DNA of 64,000 nt, taken from Eledone cirrhosa (lineage: Eukaryota). The notes beneath the pieces were generated by a model. The model saw only the letters and a list, made by a program, of their open reading frames with translations. It was not told the DNA's origin and ran no database searches. Positions 38,796 through 50,645 of the stretch are shown in pieces; position 1 is the stretch's first letter; each line of letters starts with the position of its first letter. The stretch is taken from the NCBI GenBank assembly GCA_964016885.1, contig OZ024745.1, positions 29,202,001 to 29,266,000 on the forward strand. Reading direction: 5' to 3'. The position numbers and the translations under genes were made by a program.

Positions 38796-40039
38796 AATAG
38801 GGAGCACACAGGACAAAGACAATGGAAAAAAAACAATGGAAAGATGAACAGTCGCATCTCCTTAGTCAACCTCTGGAAATCACTATTGTTTCAGTACATT
38901 AAGGTCGATACCATTCATTCCAGTGCTCATTGGGACATAACAAAATAGGCAGAGACAAGTTATGGCTCTAGGTGAATTACACAAATATAGAGTGTGCAAG
39001 GGCTTAGCCAAAGGAGAAAAATATAGAAAGGAGAGAAATAGTAAAATAGAAGAGAATAAGGGCTGTTGTCCAACATGCAGACAAAGAAGGACACTGAGGT
39101 GCAGAAAAGGTATAAAAGGAGAATAGGGGAAAGCAGGCCGGGTGATGTGATGTCTATTATACATACACACATATACTATATATACATAAACTATACATAC
39201 AAACCAAAATATGTATAAGTGAGACTTACATTCCAGCTTGTTTGTGAGGACTTACCCAAACCCATGCCAGCATGGAAAAAATGGACATTAAATGATAATG
39301 ATTGTGATAATGATGATGACAGTGAGTTTTAATTGTTAATAAAATTACCAACACTTAGACAAAAAAAAAATACCACAAACACACAAAACAAAAAAAAACA
39401 ACAATAACAATGACAAACAAAAACACACATTAAAAAAAAACTAACAAACAAAAAAAATAAAATAAAATAAAACATAAAGGAAAATTTAAAAATAAAGAGC
39501 AGGAAGTTATTTTTAAAATGTTTAAATGATTTTTCTTTTCAGAAACCTCCAGCCATTATTTTGTAATGAAGTTTTCTAAGTGACTTTTACAAATTGGATT
39601 TACAATTAATGTTTAATTTGTAGAAAATGTTATTATAAATTACCAAGCATTTTTTTCTTGTATACTTTCAACATTTACTAATCTTTTACTTTTAGGCTTC
39701 TTCTTATAAAGAAATAATGAAAATTGCCAAAAGCTTTATTTTCTTTTAGTGGTTTCAATTATTAGATTTCAGCCATGCTGGGGCACTACATTGGTCAAAC
39801 GAAGGTTAGAGTAGAATACACTTGCCTGAGGTGCTATGTAAGGGATTAAACCAAAAACAATATGGTTGTAAAGCACACAATCATGCCTGCATTTTTAGCT
39901 TTTACTTTTGTCTTTCAATCTTTGTTTGTGTTAGGGGTGTTTTTTTTTCTTCCCACTTATTTTCCATCCTCTTACAACCACATATTAACATAACAACCAG
40001 CGGCTTGCAAACAATACTCACTTACTGGAGAGAAAGAAC

Positions 40040-40545
40040 AACAATGGCCTGAGGAACCACACAATGCATCGACGAGGACAAACTGTGCAGACTCTTATGA
40101 AGGATTTTCAGATCAGGTACGATGGACAATTTCCAAGAGTCTTTGGCTTAGCAGTACTACAGGGGAGCATTACTTGTTCAGGACAAGTGCTACAGGCATG
40201 GAAGTGTAAACAGTCGAACCTGTCCGAGATGTTTGCAGGATGATGAAACCATCATGCATGCCATCGTTCAGTGTTTGGGCATTCCAGAATTGTGAGCTTG
40301 TGCTGACCAACTGTTATCACACAAAGGAGACATCTGAATATCAGCTGAATCTGTAATAAAAACTGAACCACCTTCATCTCTTGGTAACAAAGAGTGGCAA
40401 GGTTTTCTCTGTATTGTGACTAGGGTAAAAGCAGTTATTTGGTGGACATGAGTGAAAGGTTTGAGGAGAGGAGTTTTCCTCTCCGGCCAAGCATTCATTA
40501 ACTTCTCCAAGTATCACTTGAAGAGGAAAGTGAAGGTGGAAACTA
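40040..40545 (+). mobile_element. Decayed Tx1 ORF2 C-terminal fragment
   Basis: Translates to MDNFQESLA*QYYRGALLVQDKCYRHG..CPRCLQDDETIMHAIVQC, matching the C-terminus of the 58836..61109 ORF. Confidence 0.8.
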
Positions 40546-40619
40546 TACTTTTCTAATATATGAGGAAAAGAAACTGGGAGAGGGTTCTTTTAATGTCTTT
40601 GGTGATACAGAGTAATCTG

Positions 40620-42020
40620 GGATGATGATGGTGGTGGTGATGAGGATGATAATGGTGGTGGTGGTGGTGATGAGGATGATAATGGTGGTGATGATGGTGG
40701 TGAGGATGATAATGGTGGTGATGATGGTGGTGATGGATGGTGATGGATGGTGAGGATGATGGTGATGATGACTGCGATAATGATGATGATGATGATGATA
40801 ATGATGGTGATGATGATGGTGGTGGCGATGATTGTGATGAAGGTGATGATGATGGTGATGATGGTGATGGTCATGATGATGGTGGCGATGATGATGATGG
40901 TCATGATGATGGTGGCGATGATGATGATGGTCATGATGATGATGACTGCGATAATGATGATGATGATGATGATGATAATGATAATAATGATGGTGATGAT
41001 GATGATGATAACCCTAACAAAGTCTATACAAGCAATCACTTCTCTGAAGATTATGATTTCCAATAGTATTGGAATGGTTAAATAATTTGATCAGTAACTG
41101 ATATAGTGGTAGTGTGAGGGAGAGGGAGGGACAGAGATTGAGAGAGAGGAGGAGCTAATGAGGGGGGGGAGGAGATACTGTTATGAAGAGGGAGATAGTG
41201 AGAGAGAGAGAGGAGGAGCTAATGAGGGGGGGGAGATACTGTGATGGAGAGGGAGATAGTGAGAGAGAGAGCGAGAGAGAGAGATTGAGAGAGAGAAGGA
41301 GCTAATGAGGGGGAGGGGGAGATAGTGTGATGGAGAGGGAGATAGTGAGAGAGAGAGAGAGATTGAGAGAGGAGGAGCTAATGAGGTGGAGAGGGAGATA
41401 GTGTGAGGGGGGGGATAAGGTAGATAGGAGAGAAAGAGAGAATACTAGTGAGATGGAAGTATGAAGTGGGTGGGGTGGGTGGGGTAGATTGAGTAATGGG
41501 GTATCTGGCAACTTGACTAACAATATGTTGGTGGTGGTGGGAATGGTATTGGTAGTGTTGTTAGTGGTATAGTTGTTGGTGGTGGTGGTGGAGCTGTTGG
41601 TGTTGTGTTCTGGTTCACCAGAGGTGTAGAGTGGCATCTGGGTGGGGGAGAATTGGGGATGCAGGTGGAGTGAGAGAAAAACAGAGTGACAGAGAGACAG
41701 GTGCTCACAGGTAGGGCATAATATTTGTGGTACTGTTGGAGGTGTTAGTGATGATGATAGTGGTAATATTGATGGGGAGGGGGAATGGTTGTGGTGTTGG
41801 TGGTGCTGATGGGGGTGTTGGTGGTGGTGTCGTTGGTGTTTGTGGTATAGGTGATGTTTGTAGTGTTAGTGATGACGATAGTGATGATGTAGAGGGGGAA
41901 ACAGGTGGTGGTGGTGTTGGTGGTGCTAATGGTAGTGTTGGTGCTGTTGGTGGTGGTGTTTGTGGTGGTATTGGTAGTGTTAGTGGTGATGGGGAGGGGG
42001 AACGGTGGTGGTGTTGGTAG
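40620..42020. repeat. (GAT)n/(GGT)n and GA-rich low-complexity block
   Basis: Read directly. Includes a GA-rich tandem unit GAGGAGCTAATGAGGGG at 41145-41400. Confidence 0.9.
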
Positions 42021-42872
42021 AAATGCGGAGGTGTTAAAGAAGAAACACTCTTCCCAGAGTTAGTAGTAAAGATATAGTAAATAAAAAAAACAACTGTAAA
42101 ATAATATTATAAAACAAACCAGCTAAAAACAAACAAGGACACATGGTAAAATTTATTGGCAGTGAACAGCTGGTTGTCCAAGAGATGTCTGAGAATGGAA
42201 CTTACACAATTACAACTCTAATGGCTTTACAAATTCCCAGAAACCATCAATTCTTCTCGCTCTTAACGGCTGCTACATATTTTTTACCATGTTAGAGAAG
42301 CAAGCATGGATATAGCACTCTAGCATTGATTATAGAAGACATATATATCATCATCATCATCAACACCATTGTTTAACGTCCATTTCCCGTGTTAGCATGG
42401 GTTATATATAATAATAATAACAACAATAATAATAATAATAATAATGGGTATAAATCGAAGTTGTAGCTGCAGTATAACAGATACCAATCTAATTGTTTGA
42501 GGCAGTCACAAAGCACTCTGTGGTGTGAAAAGTTAATACATTTTCATCCAAAGTAAACACAAAAAGTTAAGTGTGACACCAAGAATAAAATGACCAAATG
42601 TATGTGGCCATAGTTGGTACCACAACATCGATAAATACAAACGGGTTTACACATACACATATACATAGAGAAGTTAGCTAAGCAGCCTAAGTGTTTGATA
42701 AAGTTGTCTGTATATATACAAAGTGTGTAATTGAGACTGCAACAATGTGCATATAAATATACACATATTTAAATATGTAAACATGTAAACATGCCAGAAA
42801 ATATGAATTTCCCTGTAAACTGAAAAAAATCATAAACACTTTTAATCAATTGTTTTATTTGTTCAATTGTAT

Positions 42873-43253
42873 ATCATCATCATTTTACGTCCGCTTTTCC
42901 CTGCTTGCAAGGGTGGGACGGGAACTGATTCTGGCTTGATGTCTACAGCTGGATGCCCTTCCTAACACCAACCTCATTTACAGTGAGTGCTGGGTACTTT
43001 TTTTTTCTGTGGCGCCTACACGTCCACTTTACAGTGTGGGCTGGGTGCTTTTTTCCCATGGCACCTCCATGACCACTTTGCAGTGGAATGATAGGGACCC
43101 CAGTCCCTATCATCTCATTTCTACAGCTGAGTAAACTGGAGCAATGTGAAATAAAGTGTCGTGCTCAAGGAAACAACACATCACCAGGTCTGAGAATTGA
43201 ACTCACAACCTTTTGATTGCAAGGCCAATGCTCTAACCACTAAGCCATGTGCC
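42873..43253 (-). mobile_element. SINE family B with RTE-type tail
   Basis: Near-identical inverted copy of 44188-44550. Confidence 0.85.
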
Positions 43254-43914
43254 ATAGGTGGTCTGGGATACATGTTTGCTGAAAATGTAAAGTAAGTGAG
43301 ACTGTCACTACTCTAAAACAATAGCGTAAGGTCTTCGAAATGCTTTTAATTAAGCATACAGTGTATTGCAAAATACACTATATATACATTCATATATATA
43401 TCACTATTTCAGAGCACCAATTCTAATTTTCAATTTCTGCTTGACCGGCAACCACTCTGTATAATCAGTTCCTGATTATTACTAGAAATTCTATAAGAAT
43501 CAAACATTCATGATTTTCAGCAAACAGGTGGAGTACTTGGCTTTGATAAGTACCAATCAGTATGAAACAGAACTCTGTCAGCTTTATCTTCCCTGTTTGC
43601 TGAAAATGTAAAGTAAGTGAGACTGTCACTACTCTAAAACAATAGCGTAAGGTCTTCAAAATGTTTTTAATTAAGCATACAGTGTATTGCAAAATACACT
43701 ATATATACATTCATATATATATCACTATTTCAGAGCACCAATTCTAATATATATATATATATATATATATAGTTAAAGATTAAACAAGGTTCAATGAATA
43801 AATCAAAGAATAAAGTTTTACAATAGATTAGAAGCACTCCATAGTATTGGTTTTCCGGAGTTATTAATATTAATTCAAAATATTAACAAAAATAGACATT
43901 CGTGTGATCAAGTA

Positions 43915-43981
43915 TATTTTATTATACATATTTCAGAGGTACTGAGCTATCTTCAACAGTACATCCTCATCAGATAAAATA
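43915..43981 (-). ncRNA. Minimal type I hammerhead ribozyme motif
   Basis: Minus strand reads TATTTTAT-CTGATGA-GGATGTACTG..CAGTACCTCT-GAAA-T-ATGT-A-TA^-ATAAAATA. Confidence 0.8.
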
Positions 43982-44063
43982 AGATGATGCATGACATACC
44001 CTTATTCCCTGCCATGACTGAATTTTAACCATCTACTTAGTCAGGGTATGTCATGCATCATCT

Positions 44064-44130
44064 TATTTTATCTGATGAGGACGTACTGTTGAAGATAGCT
44101 CAGTACCTCTGAAATATGTATAATAAAATA
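44064..44130 (+). ncRNA. Minimal type I hammerhead ribozyme motif
   Basis: Inverted partner of 43915-43981. Predicted cleavage after 44122. Confidence 0.8.
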
Positions 44131-44187
44131 TACTTGATCATACGAATGTCTATTTTTGTTAATATTTTGAATTAATATATATATGGA

Positions 44188-44550
44188 GGCACATGGCTTA
44201 GTGGTTAGAGCATTGGCCTTGCAATCGAAAGGTTGTGAGTTCAATTCTCAGACCGGGTGATGTGTTGTTTCCTTGAGCAAGACACTTTATTTCACATTGC
44301 TCCAGTTTACTCAGCTGTAGAAATGAGATGATAGGGACTGGGGTCCCTATCATTCCACTGCAAAGTGGTCGTGGAGGTGCCATGGGAAAAAAGCACCCAG
44401 CCCACACTGTAAAGTGGACGTGTAGGCGCCACAGAAAAAAAAAGTACCCAGCACTCACTGTAAATGAGGTTGGTGTTAGGAAGGGCATCCAGCTGTAGAA
44501 ATCAAGCCAGAATCAGTTCCTGTCCCACCCTTGCAAGCAGGGAAAAGCGG
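44188..44550 (+). mobile_element. tRNA-derived CORE-like SINE family B with RTE-type 3' tail
   Basis: A box TGGCTTAGTGG, B box GAGTTCAATTC, CORE-like CCTTGAGCAAGACACTTTA. 3' part shared with the RTE 3' UTR, with (GAT)n tail. Confidence 0.85.
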
Positions 44551-45551
44551 ACGTAAAATGAAATGATGATATATATACTGTATATACATATATATATATA
44601 TATATATATGTATAGATAATTTAATATATCTACTAACATAAGCGCACAGATGTACGCTAATGCCAGCAAATACACAGGTTATGTCATAGTACCTAGGTGG
44701 TTCAATGCAGGAGGATGCAGAACAATAATATAAAAGACGTAAAATAAGAAAATTTAAAAAAAAAATTAAAAAAAAAATTAACTTACTTACTTAAATTTTC
44801 ACTCCAACTAATTAGTTTCTGCAATGGGATAAAGACAGTTACGTAATGAACTGTTGAGAATTTCATTGCGTCAGGGAGATCATTCTCAGCCAAGTCTCCA
44901 GGCAATGCGCGGACACTGGGGACTCATATAAAAATAATAATAATTCGGTAAATGGAACAGCTATCGAGGACTGGATTCCAGGTACTGAAAATTCTCACTG
45001 CCACTGGTCATATGGCCGATTCTAAAGAATCAATCACGTGACACAGAGGCTAGTCAGTAGGAATGGGATGGTAAGATGACAGACGCCTACTAACACCCCC
45101 CCAAAAAAATTTAGAAGTGGTTTTGGCAGGTTTGCTCGACAAATCAGCCAAAACCTGCCAAAACCACTTCTAAATTTTTTTGGGGGGTGTTAGTAGGCGT
45201 CTGTCATCTTACCATCCCATTCCTACTGACTAGCCTCTGTGTCACGTGATTGATTCTTTAGAATCGGCCATATGACCAGTGGCAGTGAGAATTTTCAGTA
45301 CCTGGAATCCAGTCCTCGATAGCTGTTCCATTTACCAAATTATTATTATTTTTATATGAGTCCCCACTGTCCGCGCATTGCCTGGAGACTTGGCTGAGAA
45401 TGATCTCCCTGACGCAATGAAATTCTCAACAGTTCATTACGTAACTGTCTTTATCCCATTGCAGAAACTAATTAGTTGGAGTAAAAATTTAATTAAGTAA
45501 GTTAATTTCTTATTTTACGTCTTTTATATATATATATGTATATATATATAC

Positions 45552-45584
<33 letters not shown>

Positions 45585-45653
45585 TGTATATCCCGAGTAA
45601 AATGGTACTCAATATATTAGTAGATTGTAAGCATTGTTATTTAATATAGAAAT

Positions 45654-45705
45654 GGCTTCTACAGGACTAGAACTGTTTCATTTGTATGAAATCATCAGGA
45701 ATGCC
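45654..45705 (-). ncRNA. Hammerhead-like motif with weak stem II
   Basis: GGCATTC-CTGATGA-TTTCATACAAAT-GAAA-CAG..CTG-TA^-GAAGCC. Confidence 0.45.
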
Positions 45706-45929
45706 TAATATATACAAATATGCTAGCGTGGAAGAATGGACGTAAAATGATGATGATGATATTTATGCCGAGACATATTTGATCTGTTGTACCCATCTTA
45801 TATATATATAATTGTTTCTACTTTTGGCACAAGGCCAGCAATTACCCAGTGCATTACTGGTACTTTATTTTATGGACCCCATAAGGATGAAAGGCAATGT
45901 AAACCATTATATATATATAATGATAACTT

Positions 45930-47762
45930 AAAGTACAGGTAGGAGTTGATCAGGGTCCGGTTCTCAGCTCACTGCTGTTCATCATAGTTCTCTATGCCAT
46001 AACAGAGGAGTTTAAAACTGACTGTCCATGGGAACTTCTCTATGTAGATTATCTGGTCCTTGTAGCTGAATCCATAAAAGAACTAGTGAATAAGTTCTGA
46101 CTATGGAAACATAATTTGGAATCAAAAGGGCTGAGAGTAAACTTAACCAAAACTAAATTGCCCTAAGTAAGAAAGAAGATAGGGCTCTGATTCTTCCAGG
46201 GAAGTGGCTCTGCTCGATATGTAGAAAAGGAGCAGGCATAAACTCTATATGATGTACACAATGTAAATCTTGGATACACAAGAGATGTAGTGGGATAAGA
46301 AGTAGACTAGGAAGGGAAGACTTTGTATGTAAAAGATGCACAGGAGAAATAGAGAGGAAGAGTGTCAGTGATATAAACCTTTTCCAATCACATGAAGGAT
46401 CCATAAAAATGGTTGATAGCTTCTGCTATATCATCATCATCATCATCATCATCATCAGGTTTAGCGTCCGTGTTCCACGCTTGCATGGGTTTGGACGGGG
46501 GTTTTCCCACTTGAGGCAAGAGTGGTTGTCTTGCTCGCATAGGACTGTCTGGCGGGTTTTCTACAGTTGGATGCCCTTCCTAACACCAACCACATTTACA
46601 GTGTGGGGCTGGGAGGTTTTTACCGTGTTGCCTACACGGCCACATTACAGCGTGGACTGTCTGGCGGGTTTTCTACAGCTGGATGCCCTTCCTAACACCA
46701 ACCACATTTACAGTGTGGGGCTGGGAGGTTTTTACCGTGTTGCCTACACGGCCACATTTACAGCGTGGACTGTGTGTTTTTTGTCGTGACACCTACACGA
46801 TCTCATTTGTTTCGGCCTGGATGTTGTGGGACCAACATAACTTTACATTGAAAGGGGCGGTGTGGGTGGGGTGGAGGGACGGGGGTGTGTTTTGATAGAG
46901 ATGCCTACTGACTGTAGTAGGTTTTTACTTTGTATTTAGGTAAGGCGGGTCTTCTCTATTACTGAGTACCGCCAAAGGTCTCGGTCCAGTGACATTGTCT
47001 TGGAGAGGTGTAAGCGTGTGAGGTCGGAATTTATCAAGCTCGTCCCATGTTTTTCTGGGTCTGCCTACTCCGTGGCTACCGTCTATCTTTATTGCCCTGC
47101 ACTTTGTTATACAGCTGTCGTCTTTCATGCGCATCACGTGACCGTACCAACGTAGCCTTCTCTCGAGTAAACAACATCTGATCCAGCAGCAGAGGATGGT
47201 ACTCTGAGAGCATATTAGCTAGAATGATAAGATGGAAAAGGTTTAGAGAGCTACTCCCACTGTTGACCATGAAAAGTTTCTCCCTACATACAAAAGGACA
47301 GCTGTATGACACCTGTGTGTGAAGTGTGATGCTGCAAGGTAGTGAAACATGAGCAGTGACTGCAGAAGACATGCATAGATTGGAGAGAAATGAAGCAGCC
47401 ATACTTCATTGGATGTGATATGTAATTATGAGAGAAAGGCAGAGCTTGGATGAAATGAAGGAGAAACTGGGTTTAAGAGGAATTTGAAGTGGTGTGCAAG
47501 AGAGAAGACTGCATTGGTACAGACATGTGATGCACATGGATGATGATGTGAAGAAGTTCCATGAAATCCCAGTGGAAGGAAGCCACAGTAGAGATCGACT
47601 AAGGAAGACGTGGTCAGAGGTGATGAAAGCTGATTTTAAGTCGCTGAGACTTACAGTAGAGATGACAAAAGAACATGGCGAGTGGAGAGATGCTGTGTTG
47701 AAAAGGACCTGTCCAACCCACGCAGGCATGGAAAAACAGATGTAAAAACGATGATGATGCTG
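45930..47762 (+). mobile_element. Decayed RTE LINE RT region to 3' end, interrupted by an inverted younger RTE 3' fragment (about 46431-47180, -)
   Basis: VGVDQGPVLSSLLFI, ELLYVDYLVL, GLRVNLTKTK, VDSFCY, GSET*A, RRLHWYRHVMHM, (GAT)n tail. Confidence 0.85.
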
Positions 47763-47894
47763 ATAGACACAATGAAAGGCATTCCAAGAGTGATTTTATC
47801 CAAACACAGTATGTCTAAGATTACTTTGCCCAGTGAGACTTTCTCATTTTAAGTCATTAGAATGTAACATGAGGGAGATTTGGCTGCTATGTTA

Positions 47895-48320
47895 CCCATG
47901 TATAGGGGCTTCCTGACTTGAAATTGTCTTTGTGGTCTTTAAAGGTGATGTAAGGTATTTGTAAAGTTATACTTTCTCCTCTATCATATATTTCATAATG
48001 AATAAATTTTTGTCTGGCTTCTACCAGTATGGAGTTGTATGTTTTGTAATAAATTAGATATTTTTCATCCATGTCACTGACTATTCATTCATTTTTTATA
48101 TTTTGTCTGATGAAACATAGCTATTTTTAGAAATTTGTTGTGGCTTTAGATTCTTGCTTTAATAAGTGTGAACATTATTTCGTCAATATGGAGACTTTCA
48201 CTTTTGACTAAGTTAAGACATTCTGCTTGGAATGGTTCCATTAGATGGCTCTGTGGGGAACATTTTCTTGTTCAGAATTCAAACTTCTTTTTGTATCGAA
48301 AATTAAAACATATAAACAGA
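47895..48320 (-). mobile_element. Decayed Penelope-like element RT N-terminal fragment
   Basis: PYITFKDHKDNFKS resembles the ITLKDHKxNF motif of Penelope-like RTs. Upstream frames are broken by stops. Confidence 0.6.
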
Positions 48321-49051
48321 ACAAGTAAAAAGATAACCACCTGTGAATGTTATGTCTCTCTCTCTCCTTCTCTCTTTCTACCCTTCTCTCTCTGTGTCTC
48401 TCCCTCTCTGCCCCCCCCCCCCCTCTCTATATATATATGAGAACTGATTTCTAATGCATTCAGATCTGTACTTTGAATTACTTTGTGTGTGGGGGTGTAA
48501 GTGTGTATGTGTAGTGAAGAACAGATTTTTAAGGGATAAAGGAGTAACTTTGAGGGGTCAGCTAGTAGACAAAATGCTGCAGACCAAACTATGCTCAAAC
48601 ACCTTTACTCCTTTATCCATTAAAAATCTATTCTTCACTACACATTCACATTTACACCTACACACACATATATCATACACATACTCACACACTTTCTTCT
48701 TACATGCACAAACAATGTTAAACTTTAATGTTCTTTATTCAAAATAAATTGAACAACCACCTGCAACATTTCTCAGGTTTCTCTCTGAGGTCCGCCCTAC
48801 AGACTCCCTTTCATAATGGATGGAAAATCCGAAAATATTTGAGATCATTAAAAATTGCTATGGTAACTTTCTATTGTTCTTTTATTTCAATCTGTTCTTT
48901 TTATTATCTATTTTATTATTACCTGAGCATTTTTACCAAACATGCATTGTTGGGCTTTCAAATAACCAAACTTTTTCTTAGTTGTATTTGTATCTCATAT
49001 TCATATTCCACAATGCTTCAAACAAACTACAATACTATATATATATATGTA

Positions 49052-49095
<44 letters not shown>

Positions 49096-49113
49096 TGTAA
49101 GTGTGTAAGGTCG

Positions 49114-49612
49114 ATTTGATAAATTCCGACCTTACACACTTACACCTCTCCAAGACAATGTCACTGGACCGAGATCTTTGGTGCTACACAGTAATAGAGA
49201 AGACCCGCCTTGCCTAAGTACAAAGCGAAACCTACAGTCAGTAGGCACCTCCTAACCAAAAATACACCCCCATTCCACTACCCCCACCCCCATCTCCAGC
49301 ACCCCTTTCTCTGTAAAGTTATGTTGGTACCATAACATCCAGTTTTAAATAAATGAGGTCGTGTAGGTGTCACGACAAAAAAAAAAAACACACACAGTCC
49401 ACGCTGTAATGTGGCTGTGTAGGTAACACGGTAAAAACCTCCCAGCCCACACTGTAAATGTGGTTGGTGTTAGGAAGGGTATCCAGCCGTAGAAAACCTG
49501 CCAGACAGTCCTATACGAGCAAGATAACCAATCTTGCCTCAAGTGAGACAATTCCCGTCTAAACCCATGCTAGCGTGGAAAATAGACGTTAAACAATGAT
49601 GATGATGATGAT
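49114..49612 (+). mobile_element. RTE LINE 3' end with (GAT)n tail
   Basis: Homologous to the reverse complement of 46431-47035. Confidence 0.8.
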
Positions 49613-50351
49613 AGTGCAATCTCAGTTCATAAATTTAATTTGTTCCTGAATGCTGTTTGTCACCCAAAATGTTTGTAAACTGAAACAATTTTCCCTATAC
49701 AAAATGTTGAGAAAGAAATAGAGAGAGAGAGACTGTGTGTGAAAGACAGATATAGTAACTAACTACACAACGACACTTTCCTGCCAATACTCCAAGCTTG
49801 TTGCCAACCATTGTTGCTGGATTGTGTGTTTGTTACTCAAGACACTGTTCGTGAACCAAGAGATTTTATGTTTGGAAAAGTTGTTCGTGAACCGATTTGT
49901 TCCTGATGAGAGGCATTGGTGAACCAAGGTTCCACTGAATATATATATATCAATGTTTGTTGTGTCATCAGTCAGGCTGTTACTACTTTGATAATTCCTC
50001 TGACCCACATGTTGCTGATTGCTGTCATTATCACAATACCCTCTCCCTCTCTCATACACCTTCACTCTATCTCTCCCACTCTTTTGTAATACATCACTCT
50101 CTTCCCACCCCTTCCTCTCTCTCCATATATTCTGACTTTCTCTCATACACCTTCACTCTATCTCTCCCTCTCCCACTCTTTTGTAATACATCACTCTCTT
50201 CCCACCCCTTCCCCTCTCTCCATATATTCTGACTTTCTCTCATACACCTTCACTCTGTCTTTCTATCACAGTCAGGTTATAGTAATATCCTTCCTATCAT
50301 CAGCACCATGGATTTTGTTCACTCCTAAGTTCCTAAAACTCATTTTTCTCA

Positions 50352-50645
50352 CTTGGGTATTTAGTGCCCTAAGCTAACCTTACAATGTGTACCTGAGTAT
50401 TTAGCACCTTAGGCTAGCTCTACAATGTGTTACTGGGAATTTAGTCCCTGTGGCTAGCTGTACAATGAGTGCCTGTGTATTTAACATCCTAGGCCAACCC
50501 TATAACGTGTTCCTGGGTATCTAATACCCTAAGCTAGCCCTACAATATGCGTCTTGGTATTTAACACCCTTGGTTAGCTCTGCAATATGTACTTGGGTAT
50601 TTAGTACCCTAAGCTAACTTTATAATGTGTGCCTGGGTATTTCAC
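50352..50645. repeat. About 40-bp minisatellite, about 7 copies
   Basis: Unit CCTGGGTATTTAGTACCCTAAGCTAGCCCTACAATGTGT. Confidence 0.85.

Noticed and set aside
40590-41085. Poly-Asp, poly-Met and poly-Ile ORFs (also 31920-32369)
   Set aside because: (GAT)n repeat translations.
44188-44260. tRNA-like sequences with A and B boxes
   Set aside because: They continue into SINE bodies and lack a complete cloverleaf, so they are SINE heads, not tRNA genes.
50352-50645. Regular 40-bp repeats as a possible CRISPR array
   Set aside because: No unique spacers, no cas genes, eukaryotic context.
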